Origin: Minisyncoccia bacterium
GTDB taxonomy: Bacteria; Patescibacteriota; Minisyncoccia; Phycocordibacterales; PALSA-1337
DNA length: 64,000 nucleotides
Assembly (NCBI GenBank): GCA_038211765.1
Contig: JBBQVG010000001.1
Location: 1,837-65,836 of the forward strand
Direction of reading: 5' to 3'
The notes under the pieces are model-generated. The model saw nothing but the letters and a program-made list of their open reading frames with translations. It did no database searches and was not told the origin of the DNA. A program made the translations under genes and the position numbers. The stretch's first letter is position 1. Each line of letters begins with the position of its first letter. Shown in pieces: positions 38,520-47,750 of the stretch.

Positions 38520-39020
38520 ATGAAAAAAATAAGTTATAAAGATAATTATCAAAAAAATTACCACTATGTTCAGAGTGAACCAGTTGGCAAGAATTTTGAT
38601 CCCGAGTTTAGGCCGGATTTAACACCAAAGGAAATGCTAGAGATGGGTGTGTTCGGTGGAGTTTATTTTGGTGATATGCCATCTGATTTACCTAAAACAT
38701 GGTTTAAAAAAGCAAAAATTTCACTAGACGGAAAAAGACATAAAGAGCTTAACTATTTTAAAGTTAATGCAAGTCAGCCCCTACTAGTGTGGCAAAGGAA
38801 AGGATGGATTCATCCTCAAGATCCGAGAGGGTGGTTCCAGTGGTACGCAAGGTATTATTTAGGTAGACGAAGTGATGATGATAAAAGGCAAATAAAAAGA
38901 TGGAAAGCCATGACTAGGCACATAGCTCAAATCTCGAGGAATTGTCGAGCGGGAGATATTTTTTGTAGGCCGAGACAAAGACAAGCACTGCTTCATTGGG
39001 CTTATGATGCAAGCAGATAG
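38520..39020 (+). CDS. hypothetical protein
   Basis: 166-aa ORF ('GWIHPQDPRGWFQWYARYYLGRRSDDD'). No confident family. Confidence 0.4.
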   Translation: MKKISYKDNYQKNYHYVQSEPVGKNFDPEFRPDLTPKEMLEMGVFGGVYFGDMPSDLPKTWFKKAKISLDGKRHKELNYFKVNASQPLLVWQRKGWIHPQDPRGWFQWYARYYLGRRSDDDKRQIKRWKAMTRHIAQISRNCRAGDIFCRPRQRQALLHWAYDASR

Positions 39021-39154
39021 TGGTGTGCCTCGGTCGCAGTGAGTGCGCGAGTGCGGTGCGGAGAAAATAGTAACCAAAAGTGTTAAAATAGTAGCGTTCT
39101 TTTCTGGGACTGAAACGGCGAAGCAAACCCAAAAATTTCCTTGCCAATATTTTT

Positions 39155-40939
39155 ATGGACAAATACATTACACGCGCCGCAGTCATGGAGGTTCTCCGTG
39201 AATACTGGAAGCAATACAAAATTCACCCCTGGTACAGCCTTATAGCTTTTTTACTTCCTGCTATCGGGAGCATTTTTGTATCGTATATTCCACCTCTCAT
39301 CATTGCTCGGATGGTCAACATCTTTAGTGCGCAAGGGTCGATATCCTACGATAATGTAAGTTGGTATATAGTGGTCTTTGGGGTCTCGTGGCTGATCGGA
39401 GAGATGCTTTGGCGTATCGGCATGCATTACCTCATCCGGCTTGAAACCGATGGTCTTGCACGTTTAGGGAAATTGGCATACAAGCGTCTTTCTGAGCGTG
39501 ATTATGATTTTTATAGTAATAACTTTGTGGGTACTTTGACCAACAAAGGCACCGCCTTTTCTCGTGGATTCGAAGGTTTTAGCGATACATTGAGCTTCAA
39601 TATCTTTAGTAATGTATTCCCGCTCATCTTTGCCACTATTGTTTTGTGGCATTACTCTTCGATACTAGCTCTACTCCTACTTGCGTGTATTGTCATCGTC
39701 TTATTGTTGACGTTGCCCATCATCAGACGACGCTCAAAGATGGTTGCAGCACGGCATGATGCCGGTAGCAAGATGTCCGGGAGACTTTCTGATTCACTGA
39801 CAAATATTTTAGCTATCAAATCATTTGCCAATGAAAGTCTCGAATACAAAAGCTTTGGACTATATGTAGACGATTATGCAGTAAAGTTCAAACAAGCTTC
39901 GGATTATCAAAATCTACGCTTTGATATGGTGGTCTCGCCCTTGTTCGTCATCACCAATGTGATCGGACTTGTTGCGGCTGTACTTTTGGGTCAGAAGTTG
40001 GGGCTAGCCGTAGGAACCATGATCGTGGTGTTCTCGTATTTTTCTCAGGTCACCAGAATATTTTTTGATTTCAACCGTATCTATAGGGGCATAGAAAGCT
40101 CTATCAGTGCTGCTGCAGAGTTCACACAACTTCTACTTGATCCGCCGGCAGTTGCGGATATTCAGGGAGCGCAAACATTGAAAGTCTCTCAAGCAGAAAT
40201 ACAATTTAAGACTGTTGATTTTGGTTATGATACCCAGCACGGAGAACGTCAGAAGTTTCTCGATACATTTGACCTCAAGATCAATCCACATGAACGGGTA
40301 GGTCTGGTTGGTCCAAGCGGAGGAGGTAAGACGACACTCACCAAACTTCTTTTGCGCTTTATTGATCTACAGTCGGGCGCGATCACTATCGATGGTCAGG
40401 ATATCAGCAAAGTCACTCAGCTCTCACTCCGAAAGCATCTTTCGTACGTTCCTCAGGAGCCACTCCTGTTCCATCGAAGCCTTTTCGAAAATATCGCCTA
40501 CGGCAGAGAAAACGCTACTCATGAAGAAGTCGTCGAGGCTGCAAGGCTTGCTCGTGCACATGAATTTATCGAGAAACTCCCCCAAGGATACAAGACGCTA
40601 GTAGGGGAACGTGGTATCAAACTTTCTGGTGGTCAGCGCCAGCGTGTGGCTATAGCTCGGGCCATCCTCAAAAATGCTCCTATCCTGATCTTGGATGAGG
40701 CCACCAGCTCACTCGATTCCGAATCCGAAAAATATATTCAGGAGGGCCTATGGGAATTGATGAAGGATAAAACTGCGCTGGTGATCGCTCATCGTCTTTC
40801 AACGATCAAGCACCTCGATCGTATCATTGTGTTGGCTGAGGGAAAAATTGTCCAAGATGGCACGCATGATGAGCTGATCAAGAAACCCGGGCTGTACGCT
40901 ACGCTCTGGAGTCATCAGTCTGGAGAGTTTTTGGGATAA
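39155..40939 (+). CDS. ABC transporter, fused permease/ATPase exporter (MsbA-like)
   Basis: 6 TM + NBD: Walker A 'GPSGGGKTTL', signature 'LSGGQRQRVAIARAIL', Walker B 'ILILDEATSSLD', H-loop 'ALVIAHRLST'. Confidence 0.9.
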   Translation: MDKYITRAAVMEVLREYWKQYKIHPWYSLIAFLLPAIGSIFVSYIPPLIIARMVNIFSAQGSISYDNVSWYIVVFGVSWLIGEMLWRIGMHYLIRLETDGLARLGKLAYKRLSERDYDFYSNNFVGTLTNKGTAFSRGFEGFSDTLSFNIFSNVFPLIFATIVLWHYSSILALLLLACIVIVLLLTLPIIRRRSKMVAARHDAGSKMSGRLSDSLTNILAIKSFANESLEYKSFGLYVDDYAVKFKQASDYQNLRFDMVVSPLFVITNVIGLVAAVLLGQKLGLAVGTMIVVFSYFSQVTRIFFDFNRIYRGIESSISAAAEFTQLLLDPPAVADIQGAQTLKVSQAEIQFKTVDFGYDTQHGERQKFLDTFDLKINPHERVGLVGPSGGGKTTLTKLLLRFIDLQSGAITIDGQDISKVTQLSLRKHLSYVPQEPLLFHRSLFENIAYGRENATHEEVVEAARLARAHEFIEKLPQGYKTLVGERGIKLSGGQRQRVAIARAILKNAPILILDEATSSLDSESEKYIQEGLWELMKDKTALVIAHRLSTIKHLDRIIVLAEGKIVQDGTHDELIKKPGLYATLWSHQSGEFLG

Positions 40940-41025
40940 GCACGTCGAGACCGTGTGTGCACTGTATGATATACTTATGACAAGTTTGGCTATGGCGCAC
41001 TTTTATTCGATCACATAACATCACA

Positions 41026-42128
41026 ATGAAGACTCTACGGAAAATCTTTGTCGTAACTCTCATTTTTGTACCAGCGATTTCGTTTGCGGCATTCGATGAC
41101 GTCACCCTTACAACCGATGCTGTCATTTCTGTGGGTGGGTATACCTTGAATGTGAGCGGCTCGAGTGCCGTCATCGAGTCACTCACTGTCAACGCAAATG
41201 ATTTTACCGTCACTCTTGCATCGGGCTCATCAGCGACTATAAGTTCGCCAACATTCCAGCAACTTTCATCAGATATCTCATCTGATGTTACTAGTAACAC
41301 CTGTACAGCATCGGCATCGACCATAGTCTTGTCGTATTCTGGAGCGGGTACAACTACCAACATCATCACACCTTCGGCCACTGTTTGCAGTAACCCCACC
41401 CCTAGTCCATCGACGAGTTCTGGCTCGAGCGGTAGTAGTAGTGGTGGAGGGGGAGGAGGTTATATTCCACCAGTAGTCGCCACAGCAACAACAACCGCAA
41501 CAACAACTGCTCCTATTGTACCTGGTTGCCCCAAAGGCTTTGTATGCGCTTTGCGGCCGGTGACTGTGGGGACAGTTGGACCAAGATTCCTCAAGGACCT
41601 TTCGGCAGGTATGACTCTTGCAGATGTGAGAATGCTCCAAAAATTCCTCAATACTCACGGCTTTATAATTTCAACATCTGGTCCAGGTTCTCTCGGTAAT
41701 GAGACTGACTACTTTGGTCCAGGTACCAAAGCTGCGGTCATCAAACTACAAAAATCTCGCGGACTGTCTGCTTCTGGATACGTCGGACCTTCGACCTTGG
41801 CAGTTCTGAATAGTTGGGATACCCCGTTAGTAGGTGCCGCTCCAGTAGCCTCTGTTCCACTTGTTCCTGCTACCACACCTTCTTCTAATGCTTCATTTAC
41901 TCGTGCCTATCTCTCGGTGCCGTTGGTGTAGATGTTCGTTTGTTGCAAGTATACTTGAACACGCATGGATATGTCGTCGCCACCAGTGGTCCGGGTTCAC
42001 ATGGAAATGAGACAACAACATTTGGTCCTGCTACAAAGGCGGCATTGATCAAGTTCCAGATCGCCAAGGGCATTGTTCCTGCTGTTGGGTATTTTGGTCC
42101 AAAGACGAGAGCATCTGCAGTGCAATAA
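41026..42128 (+). pseudogene. secreted Ser/Thr/Gly-rich protein with two tandem PG_binding_1-like domains, split by an apparent -1 frameshift near 41889-41929
   Basis: Frame 1 ends 'TRAYLSVPLV*' at 41931. The next frame is open from 41889 and continues 'LSLGAVGVDVRLLQVYLNTHGYVVATSGPGSHGNETTTFGPATKAALIKFQ'. This is a second copy of 'LSAGMTLADVRMLQKFLNTHGFIISTSGPGSLGNETDYFGPGTKAAVIKLQ'. Confidence 0.5.
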
Positions 42129-42175
42129 AATCGGGCAATGAAAATATAAATTAATCACATACTACGTATACAAAT

Positions 42176-43684
42176 ATGAAAAATATCAGAACAATCACTA
42201 ACATGTTTCGCACAGGGCGAATATTGCCAGTCGCCGTCTTTGCACTAGCTGTTGTCCTGGTAGGAGGGGTAGTATCTGCCGCGACTACTATTAGTACTGA
42301 TATAACTACAGGAGGTGTCGTCACTTCGACTGGAGCAGGAAACTCGAGTTTTCTCGGGAGTTTGGGGATTGGGACTACTTCACCTTGGGCGTTGTTCGCG
42401 ATTAACCCAAATGGTATCACTGGCCCAGCTTTTGCTATAGGGTCTTCGACATTTACAAACTTTGTAGTAACCAACGCGGGAAGAGTAGGGATTGGTACAG
42501 CTGCACCTGTTTATTTTATTCAAGCTACAGGCCCTCAACCTGCATCAGTAGGAACAACTCCAGGAACTACCGCTATAACTGTGGGAGCCATCAACTTAAC
42601 ATCTTCAATTGGTGGGGATACAACTATTGCAACTACTGGAACTGGAGGAATTGGTGGGGGGATGGTATTAACAGCTGGTGCAGGTGGAGTGGCAAATAGT
42701 GCGCTGACATTAGGAACTGGTGGGACTGGAGGTACTCTTACAATATCAGCAGGAGCTGGCGGCTCGCCCGCTATTTCAGGTGGAACAACATCCCGTGCTG
42801 GAGTTGGCGGCACACTCACATTAAGTGCAGGAGCGGCAGGTGTAGGGACGCTTGCTTCAAGTATACGAGGAAATACAGGGGGTTCTGTTAATATTAGTGC
42901 AACTAATGGTTCAGACTCATCTGGTGTGTCGGCATCTCTTGCAGGAGGTAATGGCGGCTCTACGAACATAGTATCAGGTGGTGGTGGCCATTCTAACCAA
43001 GCAAGAGGAGGGAACTCTGGAAATATCTCAATTGCGGGGGGACTGGGAGGGAACGCCACTGGAGCCGCTGGTAATGGTGGAATTGGGGCTGGTATCACTA
43101 TATCGTCAGGGACGGGTGGTACGTCCGCATCTGCTATTGGAGGAAATGCTGGAGGTGTATATATCATTGGAGGCGGCGGCAGTAGTGGGGTTAGTGGAGG
43201 GGTAGGGGGGTCGTTTGTTATCTCTTCAGGGGGTGGAGGGAATGGAACCACGGGAAATGGTGGAGTTGGCGGATTCGTGGACTTTACTGCCGGTAACGGT
43301 GGAAATTCTTCTGCTGGAGGAAATGGTGGAACAGCGGGTTATCTTTCATTCACTGCAGGTAGCGCAGGTACAGGTGGTACTCGTCCTGCAGGAGGAAGTA
43401 TATATTTCTTACCAGGCACAGGCTTGACCGATGGTGTAGTGGTACTTGGTTGTAATATTACTGGTACCTGCCGCGGCAATGTCGGCATCGGCACCACCAC
43501 GCCTACTACTTCTCTGCAGGTAGCTACATCTACAGCAAACGCAACAACTTCTATTGAGTTCGGTAAGGCAAACCAGAATAAGGGGTCGTGTTTGGTTCTC
43601 TATGATTCTGCAGGAACGGCTGTATATGCCTACGTCGCGGCTGGTGCATCAACATTTAGTTTATCGGCGGTTTCGTGTAAGTAG
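42176..43684 (+). CDS. secreted Gly-rich repeat protein (GGxGG/TGGT repeats), likely surface/adhesin-like
   Basis: Signal/TM 'ILPVAVFALAVVLVGGVVSA'. ~400 aa of 'AGAGGS', 'GGNGG', 'TGGT' repeats. C-terminal 'GCNITGTCRGNVGIGTTTP' with Cys pair. The antisense Pro-rich ORF is a mirror artifact. Confidence 0.6.
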   Translation: MKNIRTITNMFRTGRILPVAVFALAVVLVGGVVSAATTISTDITTGGVVTSTGAGNSSFLGSLGIGTTSPWALFAINPNGITGPAFAIGSSTFTNFVVTNAGRVGIGTAAPVYFIQATGPQPASVGTTPGTTAITVGAINLTSSIGGDTTIATTGTGGIGGGMVLTAGAGGVANSALTLGTGGTGGTLTISAGAGGSPAISGGTTSRAGVGGTLTLSAGAAGVGTLASSIRGNTGGSVNISATNGSDSSGVSASLAGGNGGSTNIVSGGGGHSNQARGGNSGNISIAGGLGGNATGAAGNGGIGAGITISSGTGGTSASAIGGNAGGVYIIGGGGSSGVSGGVGGSFVISSGGGGNGTTGNGGVGGFVDFTAGNGGNSSAGGNGGTAGYLSFTAGSAGTGGTRPAGGSIYFLPGTGLTDGVVVLGCNITGTCRGNVGIGTTTPTTSLQVATSTANATTSIEFGKANQNKGSCLVLYDSAGTAVYAYVAAGASTFSLSAVSCK

Positions 43685-43722
43685 AATTACGGAGGCGCCG
43701 TGATGTGTTAATATAACTCATT

Positions 43723-44916
43723 ATGGCAGCAGATAAAGCACACATAGAAGAACTCTTTGCTCGCGGCACTGTCGTGGAGGTTTTTCCATCCAAGGAAGAG
43801 TTGGTCAAGAAGCTACTTTCGGGTGAAAAGATACGCGTATACATCGGCATGGATCCGACATCGACGGCACTTCACCTCGGTCATGCAAAAAATCTTATTT
43901 TTCTAGAGGAGTTGCGCCAGCTTGGGCACGAAGTGATAGTACTTTTTGGTGACTTTACCGGACAGATCGGCGATCCAGGAGGAAAGAGCGCTGCGCGCAA
44001 ACAGCTTACAGCAGAAGAGGTCAAACACAATCTTTCTGGCTGGCTAAAACAGGTGGAGCCACTTCTAGACTTCGATGACAAGAAAAATCCGGCGTTGGTC
44101 AAATACAATTCTGAGTGGCTTTCCAAACTTTCTTTTTCGGATGTGGCCAACCTCGCCACAAACTTCACCGTTCAGCAGATGCTCGAACGTGACATGTTCG
44201 CAAAGCGTATCAAGGAAAATGCGCCTATTTATTTGCACGAGTTTCTCTATCCACTGATGCAAGGTTACGACAGTGTGGCTATGGATGTTGACGCAGAGCT
44301 CTGTGGTACCGATCAGATATTCAATGCACTCGCCGGCCGCACTCTCCTCAAACGCATCAAGAATAAGGATAAGTTTGTGATCGCCCTCAACCTGATCGCT
44401 AACCCCAAAACAGGAGAGCTGATGTCCAAGTCAAATGGTACCGGCGTTTTTGTAGACCAGTCTCCTACGCAACTATATGGCGCCATCATGGCTTTGCCGG
44501 ATCCGATGATCGAGCCACTCTTTTTGAATGTTACTCGCATTCCACTTTCCGAGAAAGATTCCATTATGGCTGAGGGTCCACGCAAAGCAAAAGCTCGTAT
44601 CGCCCTCGATATAGTGCAGAGATTTCATGGCGAAAAAGAAGCAGCAGCAGCCGAAAAAACTTGGGAAGAGACTTTCTCGAAAGGAGGCGTGCCAGAAGAT
44701 ATGTTGGAAGTTTCGTTTGGGACGGGCGATTCTCTGGCCGAGGTTCTCATCAAAGCCGGAGTTATTCCATCGAAAACTGAGTGGCGCAGACTTATAGATG
44801 GTGGGGCCGTTCGAGATGAGCAAGATGAAAAGATCAGTGATGCAAATTTTGCTCCATCGAAAACCATCATTCTCAAGATAGGGAAGAGAAGGTTCGTGAA
44901 GGTTGTTGTTTCTTGA
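43723..44916 (+). CDS. tyrS: tyrosine--tRNA ligase
   Basis: HIGH 'TALHLGHA', KMSKS 'LMSKSNGTG', C-terminal S4-like domain. Confidence 0.9.
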   Translation: MAADKAHIEELFARGTVVEVFPSKEELVKKLLSGEKIRVYIGMDPTSTALHLGHAKNLIFLEELRQLGHEVIVLFGDFTGQIGDPGGKSAARKQLTAEEVKHNLSGWLKQVEPLLDFDDKKNPALVKYNSEWLSKLSFSDVANLATNFTVQQMLERDMFAKRIKENAPIYLHEFLYPLMQGYDSVAMDVDAELCGTDQIFNALAGRTLLKRIKNKDKFVIALNLIANPKTGELMSKSNGTGVFVDQSPTQLYGAIMALPDPMIEPLFLNVTRIPLSEKDSIMAEGPRKAKARIALDIVQRFHGEKEAAAAEKTWEETFSKGGVPEDMLEVSFGTGDSLAEVLIKAGVIPSKTEWRRLIDGGAVRDEQDEKISDANFAPSKTIILKIGKRRFVKVVVS

Positions 44917-44954
44917 TAGTTTTTTCTTCGGACGAGATAGATGTGTCCGATGAA

Positions 44955-44978
44955 GGCACTTTAGTTAACTAAAGTGCC
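44955..44978. terminator. bidirectional terminator hairpin between convergent tyrS and comFC
   Basis: Perfect palindrome 'ggcactttagttaactaaagtgcc'. Confidence 0.55.
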
Positions 44979-45011
44979 TGAATTCGACTTAGCTGACCCC
45001 CCCCTATATAA

Positions 45012-45749
45012 CTAATGAGCAAGTGAAAGACCCAGAACATTCGCGAAGCCCTCTTTTTTGAACGTCTCCATAGCCTCTTTGATAGTGCTTCCAGTCGTGA
45101 TGACATCGTCGACAATAATTATGTTAATAATTACGTTGAGCTTCTGCATGCCCAAAATTTCGCCGTCGGTTTTTCCAGCACCATTTTTTCCTGTACCTGT
45201 CTTTTCGCTACCGGTTTTTCCAGCACCAGTCTTTTCGTTATAAGTTTTATCGTGGAGCGAAAATATCCCCCTTGCACTTTCGAGACGATCCACCCTTCCT
45301 TTGAGTGTTTGCCTGGAAGAGTGTTGCGTGCGGATCAGAAGATCGTTTTGAATAATGAAATGGCCATCAACATCTAGTCGCCTTATTTCTTCTACTAGCA
45401 ACTCGCACTGGTTGTAGCCTCTTTCCCGGCGACGCTTGGAAGTGATCGGGATAGGAATAACCATCGAACCCACAGGTAGTCCCATGGTCAACAGCCTCTG
45501 ATACAGCGCATATCCACCTAGTCCGACTGCATGTTTTGATTTCTTATATTTGATATTCCACACCAGCTTGGCTACTCGCTCATCTTTGTAAGCAAATACT
45601 GAGGTGGCATCCGAGATAGGTACTTTTGGAGCTCTAGGCAAAACCACATACGCTTGTTCTGGAGTGTAAGTAGAAAGCACCTGTTCCGCTGGAGAAAGGG
45701 GAAAGAGTGCATCAAGAATGGTCGAATAAATCGTCTTTAGTATCCACAT
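45012..45749 (-). CDS. comFC: ComF family phosphoribosyltransferase (ComFC-like) with internal (E/N)KTGxGKTG repeat insertion
   Basis: 'GYNQCELL' and PRTase motif 'IIIVDDVITTGSTIKEA'. Insertion 'NEKTGAGKTGSEKTGTGKNGAGKTDGE' is encoded by imperfect tandem DNA repeats at 45166-45237. Confidence 0.7.
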   Translation of the reverse strand: MWILKTIYSTILDALFPLSPAEQVLSTYTPEQAYVVLPRAPKVPISDATSVFAYKDERVAKLVWNIKYKKSKHAVGLGGYALYQRLLTMGLPVGSMVIPIPITSKRRRERGYNQCELLVEEIRRLDVDGHFIIQNDLLIRTQHSSRQTLKGRVDRLESARGIFSLHDKTYNEKTGAGKTGSEKTGTGKNGAGKTDGEILGMQKLNVIINIIIVDDVITTGSTIKEAMETFKKEGFANVLGLSLAH

Positions 45750-45773
45750 AGTGATGATTATAGCTTGTCTTGG

Positions 45774-45880
45774 CCTTCCATAAACCCTCGCTCGACGCTA
45801 TATTTGCTCTGCCCATATATCGTCTTCGCTCGGGTTATATGAAAGTGGCCTTTCATAAACCCTCGCTCGACGCTATAATA
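45774..45880 (+). promoter_or_regulatory. duplicated promoter-like element upstream of pilM (TTCATA-N16-TATAAT/TATATT) x2
   Basis: 'cctt(c/t)cataaaccctcgctcgacgctata' at 45774-45802 and 45849-45877. The second copy has a perfect TATAAT 11 nt before the pilM ATG region. Confidence 0.45.
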
Positions 45881-45889
45881 AACCCTATC

Positions 45890-46996
45890 ATGGCCATTTC
45901 CTCTCTGCTGTCCTCATTTTTCAAAAAAGAAACAAGTGTTCTCGGCGTTGATATCGGCTCATCGGCCATCAAAGTCGTCCAAGTTAGAAAGAAACACGGT
46001 AAGGCCGTGTTGGAAACCTACGGAGAATTGGCGCTCGGGCCTTATGCGGGTATAGAGGTGGGACGTGCCGCAAATCTTCCTCCGGAAAAGATCATCGAAG
46101 CCGTGCGTGATATTCTGCGTGAAGCAAAGACAACCACGACATCATGCGGTGCGGCACTACCTCTGTCTTCGAGTCTTATTACATTTATCAATATCCCGCC
46201 TGTGCCTGAAAAACAGATAAAGGATGTCATCGCCATCGAAGCGCGCAAATATATTCCAGTTCCTTTGAGTGAAGTACTTCTGGACTGGTCCATCATCCCC
46301 AAAGAAGAAAGTTTTGTCACAGATGAGAAAGCAGAGACTGCCCAAAAGCAATCCAACGAAGTCTTGATTGTGGCTATTCATAATGAGTTCATCAGTACAT
46401 ACCAACGCATCATGACCGGTAGTGGTCTCCAGCCGAGCTTCTACGAGATCGAGATTTTCAGCTCCATACGCGCCGTTGTCGACCAAGGTATGGGCACGAC
46501 CATGATCATCGATATGGGTGCACGTGCTACAAAACTATATATCGTCGAGCGAGGGATTCTCCGGGCATCTCATATCATCAATAAAGGAAGTCAGGACATC
46601 ACCCTGGCTTTGTCGAAGGCACTTGCGATCAGCGTGGGTGAAGCGGAGAACCTCAAGCGTGTGCACGGACTAAAGGGCGGAGCAGAATACAAGGAGCTCA
46701 CAGAGATCATCACCGTCAATCTGGATTATGTTTTTTATGAAGCCAACAGCACCCTCCTTGCATACCAAAAGAAATTTGCCAAAAATATAAACAAGGTCAT
46801 TTTGACTGGTGGGGGAGTCCTCCTGAAAGGATTTACAGAATTGGCGAAGATCAGCTTCCAAACCGACGTTATCTACGCCAACCCTTTTTCGAAGCTCGAA
46901 ACCCCAGCATTCCTCGCCCAAGAGTTCGCCCAAGCTGGTCCAGAATTCGCCGTCGCTATCGGGGCGGCATTGCGCCGTCTTTCTGAGGTAGAGTAG
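45890..46996 (+). CDS. pilM: type IV pilus assembly protein PilM (actin-like ATPase fold)
   Basis: 'VLGVDIGSSAIKVVQVRK' is the actin/FtsA-like phosphate-1 motif. ~370 aa. The track ORF start 45770 lies in the repeat, so ATG 45890 is preferred. Confidence 0.8.
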   Translation: MAISSLLSSFFKKETSVLGVDIGSSAIKVVQVRKKHGKAVLETYGELALGPYAGIEVGRAANLPPEKIIEAVRDILREAKTTTTSCGAALPLSSSLITFINIPPVPEKQIKDVIAIEARKYIPVPLSEVLLDWSIIPKEESFVTDEKAETAQKQSNEVLIVAIHNEFISTYQRIMTGSGLQPSFYEIEIFSSIRAVVDQGMGTTMIIDMGARATKLYIVERGILRASHIINKGSQDITLALSKALAISVGEAENLKRVHGLKGGAEYKELTEIITVNLDYVFYEANSTLLAYQKKFAKNINKVILTGGGVLLKGFTELAKISFQTDVIYANPFSKLETPAFLAQEFAQAGPEFAVAIGAALRRLSEVE

Positions 46997-47042
46997 TAAA
47001 ACCTAGCAAAGCAGAATTCCTTGTGGAAGCTGTCATATAAAG

Positions 47043-47750
47043 TTAAATTATTTCGTCCTCAAACCAAGGTTTTACACTAGTACCTTTCTTTGTTGAGTAC
47101 ATATAAGAGATCGGTAGGGTCTTTGGAAAGATTTCATTGAGTTCACTACCATTAAAAGTCAGAAAGATACAGCCTTGATACTTTTCATCTATTTTCTGTC
47201 GCTCTAATTGATTTTGTAAATAATATAGCTTTGCAGCAACAGAGTAATCATTTGAAGAAGTGTAGTGTTTGTGTGCAGAGTTAAGGAGAATTTCAAATAG
47301 ACCTTTTTCAATGTCCACTGATTTAACAAGTGGCATGAGCCGGTCATTATCGTAAGTCACAAGTTCACTCAGATACGTCGTCTTAAATTCATGACTCTTA
47401 GCAAGATTACTTACAGAATCAAAATATATCTTTGTACTCTCTTTGGAATGACCATTCAGTTTCGCATGAGTATCAGTAAGTAAAATCAATAGCTCAGTTC
47501 CAGGTAAGTGTACAGTTCGAATGCGATCAAAAAACTCCTGCAGGAAATTGAATGTTTGCTTTTCAGGCTCACCAGCATTGTTTTTGTTTCCCTTACCCCA
47601 ATAGGTAACGAACTTTATAGGTTTATAATTATCAACTGCGGACTGGACGACTTCCTTCATTTTTTCGTAGTTAAGAGGCTGTTCTCTTTTGAACTTCCAT
47701 GTGTCAAAACTGCTTATTATTTCCTCTGTGAGAGTTTCATTATTTGACAT
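47043..47750 (-). CDS. hypothetical protein co-oriented and overlapping with AsnB-like gene
   Basis: 235 aa, 11-nt overlap with upstream asnB-like stop. AT-rich. No domain recognised. Confidence 0.45.
   Translation of the reverse strand: MSNNETLTEEIISSFDTWKFKREQPLNYEKMKEVVQSAVDNYKPIKFVTYWGKGNKNNAGEPEKQTFNFLQEFFDRIRTVHLPGTELLILLTDTHAKLNGHSKESTKIYFDSVSNLAKSHEFKTTYLSELVTYDNDRLMPLVKSVDIEKGLFEILLNSAHKHYTSSNDYSVAAKLYYLQNQLERQKIDEKYQGCIFLTFNGSELNEIFPKTLPISYMYSTKKGTSVKPWFEDEII

Noticed and set aside
42535-43251. 238-aa Pro-rich minus-strand ORF
   Set aside because: Complement of the Gly-codon repeats (GGN becomes NCC) of the 42176-43684 gene. Not independent.
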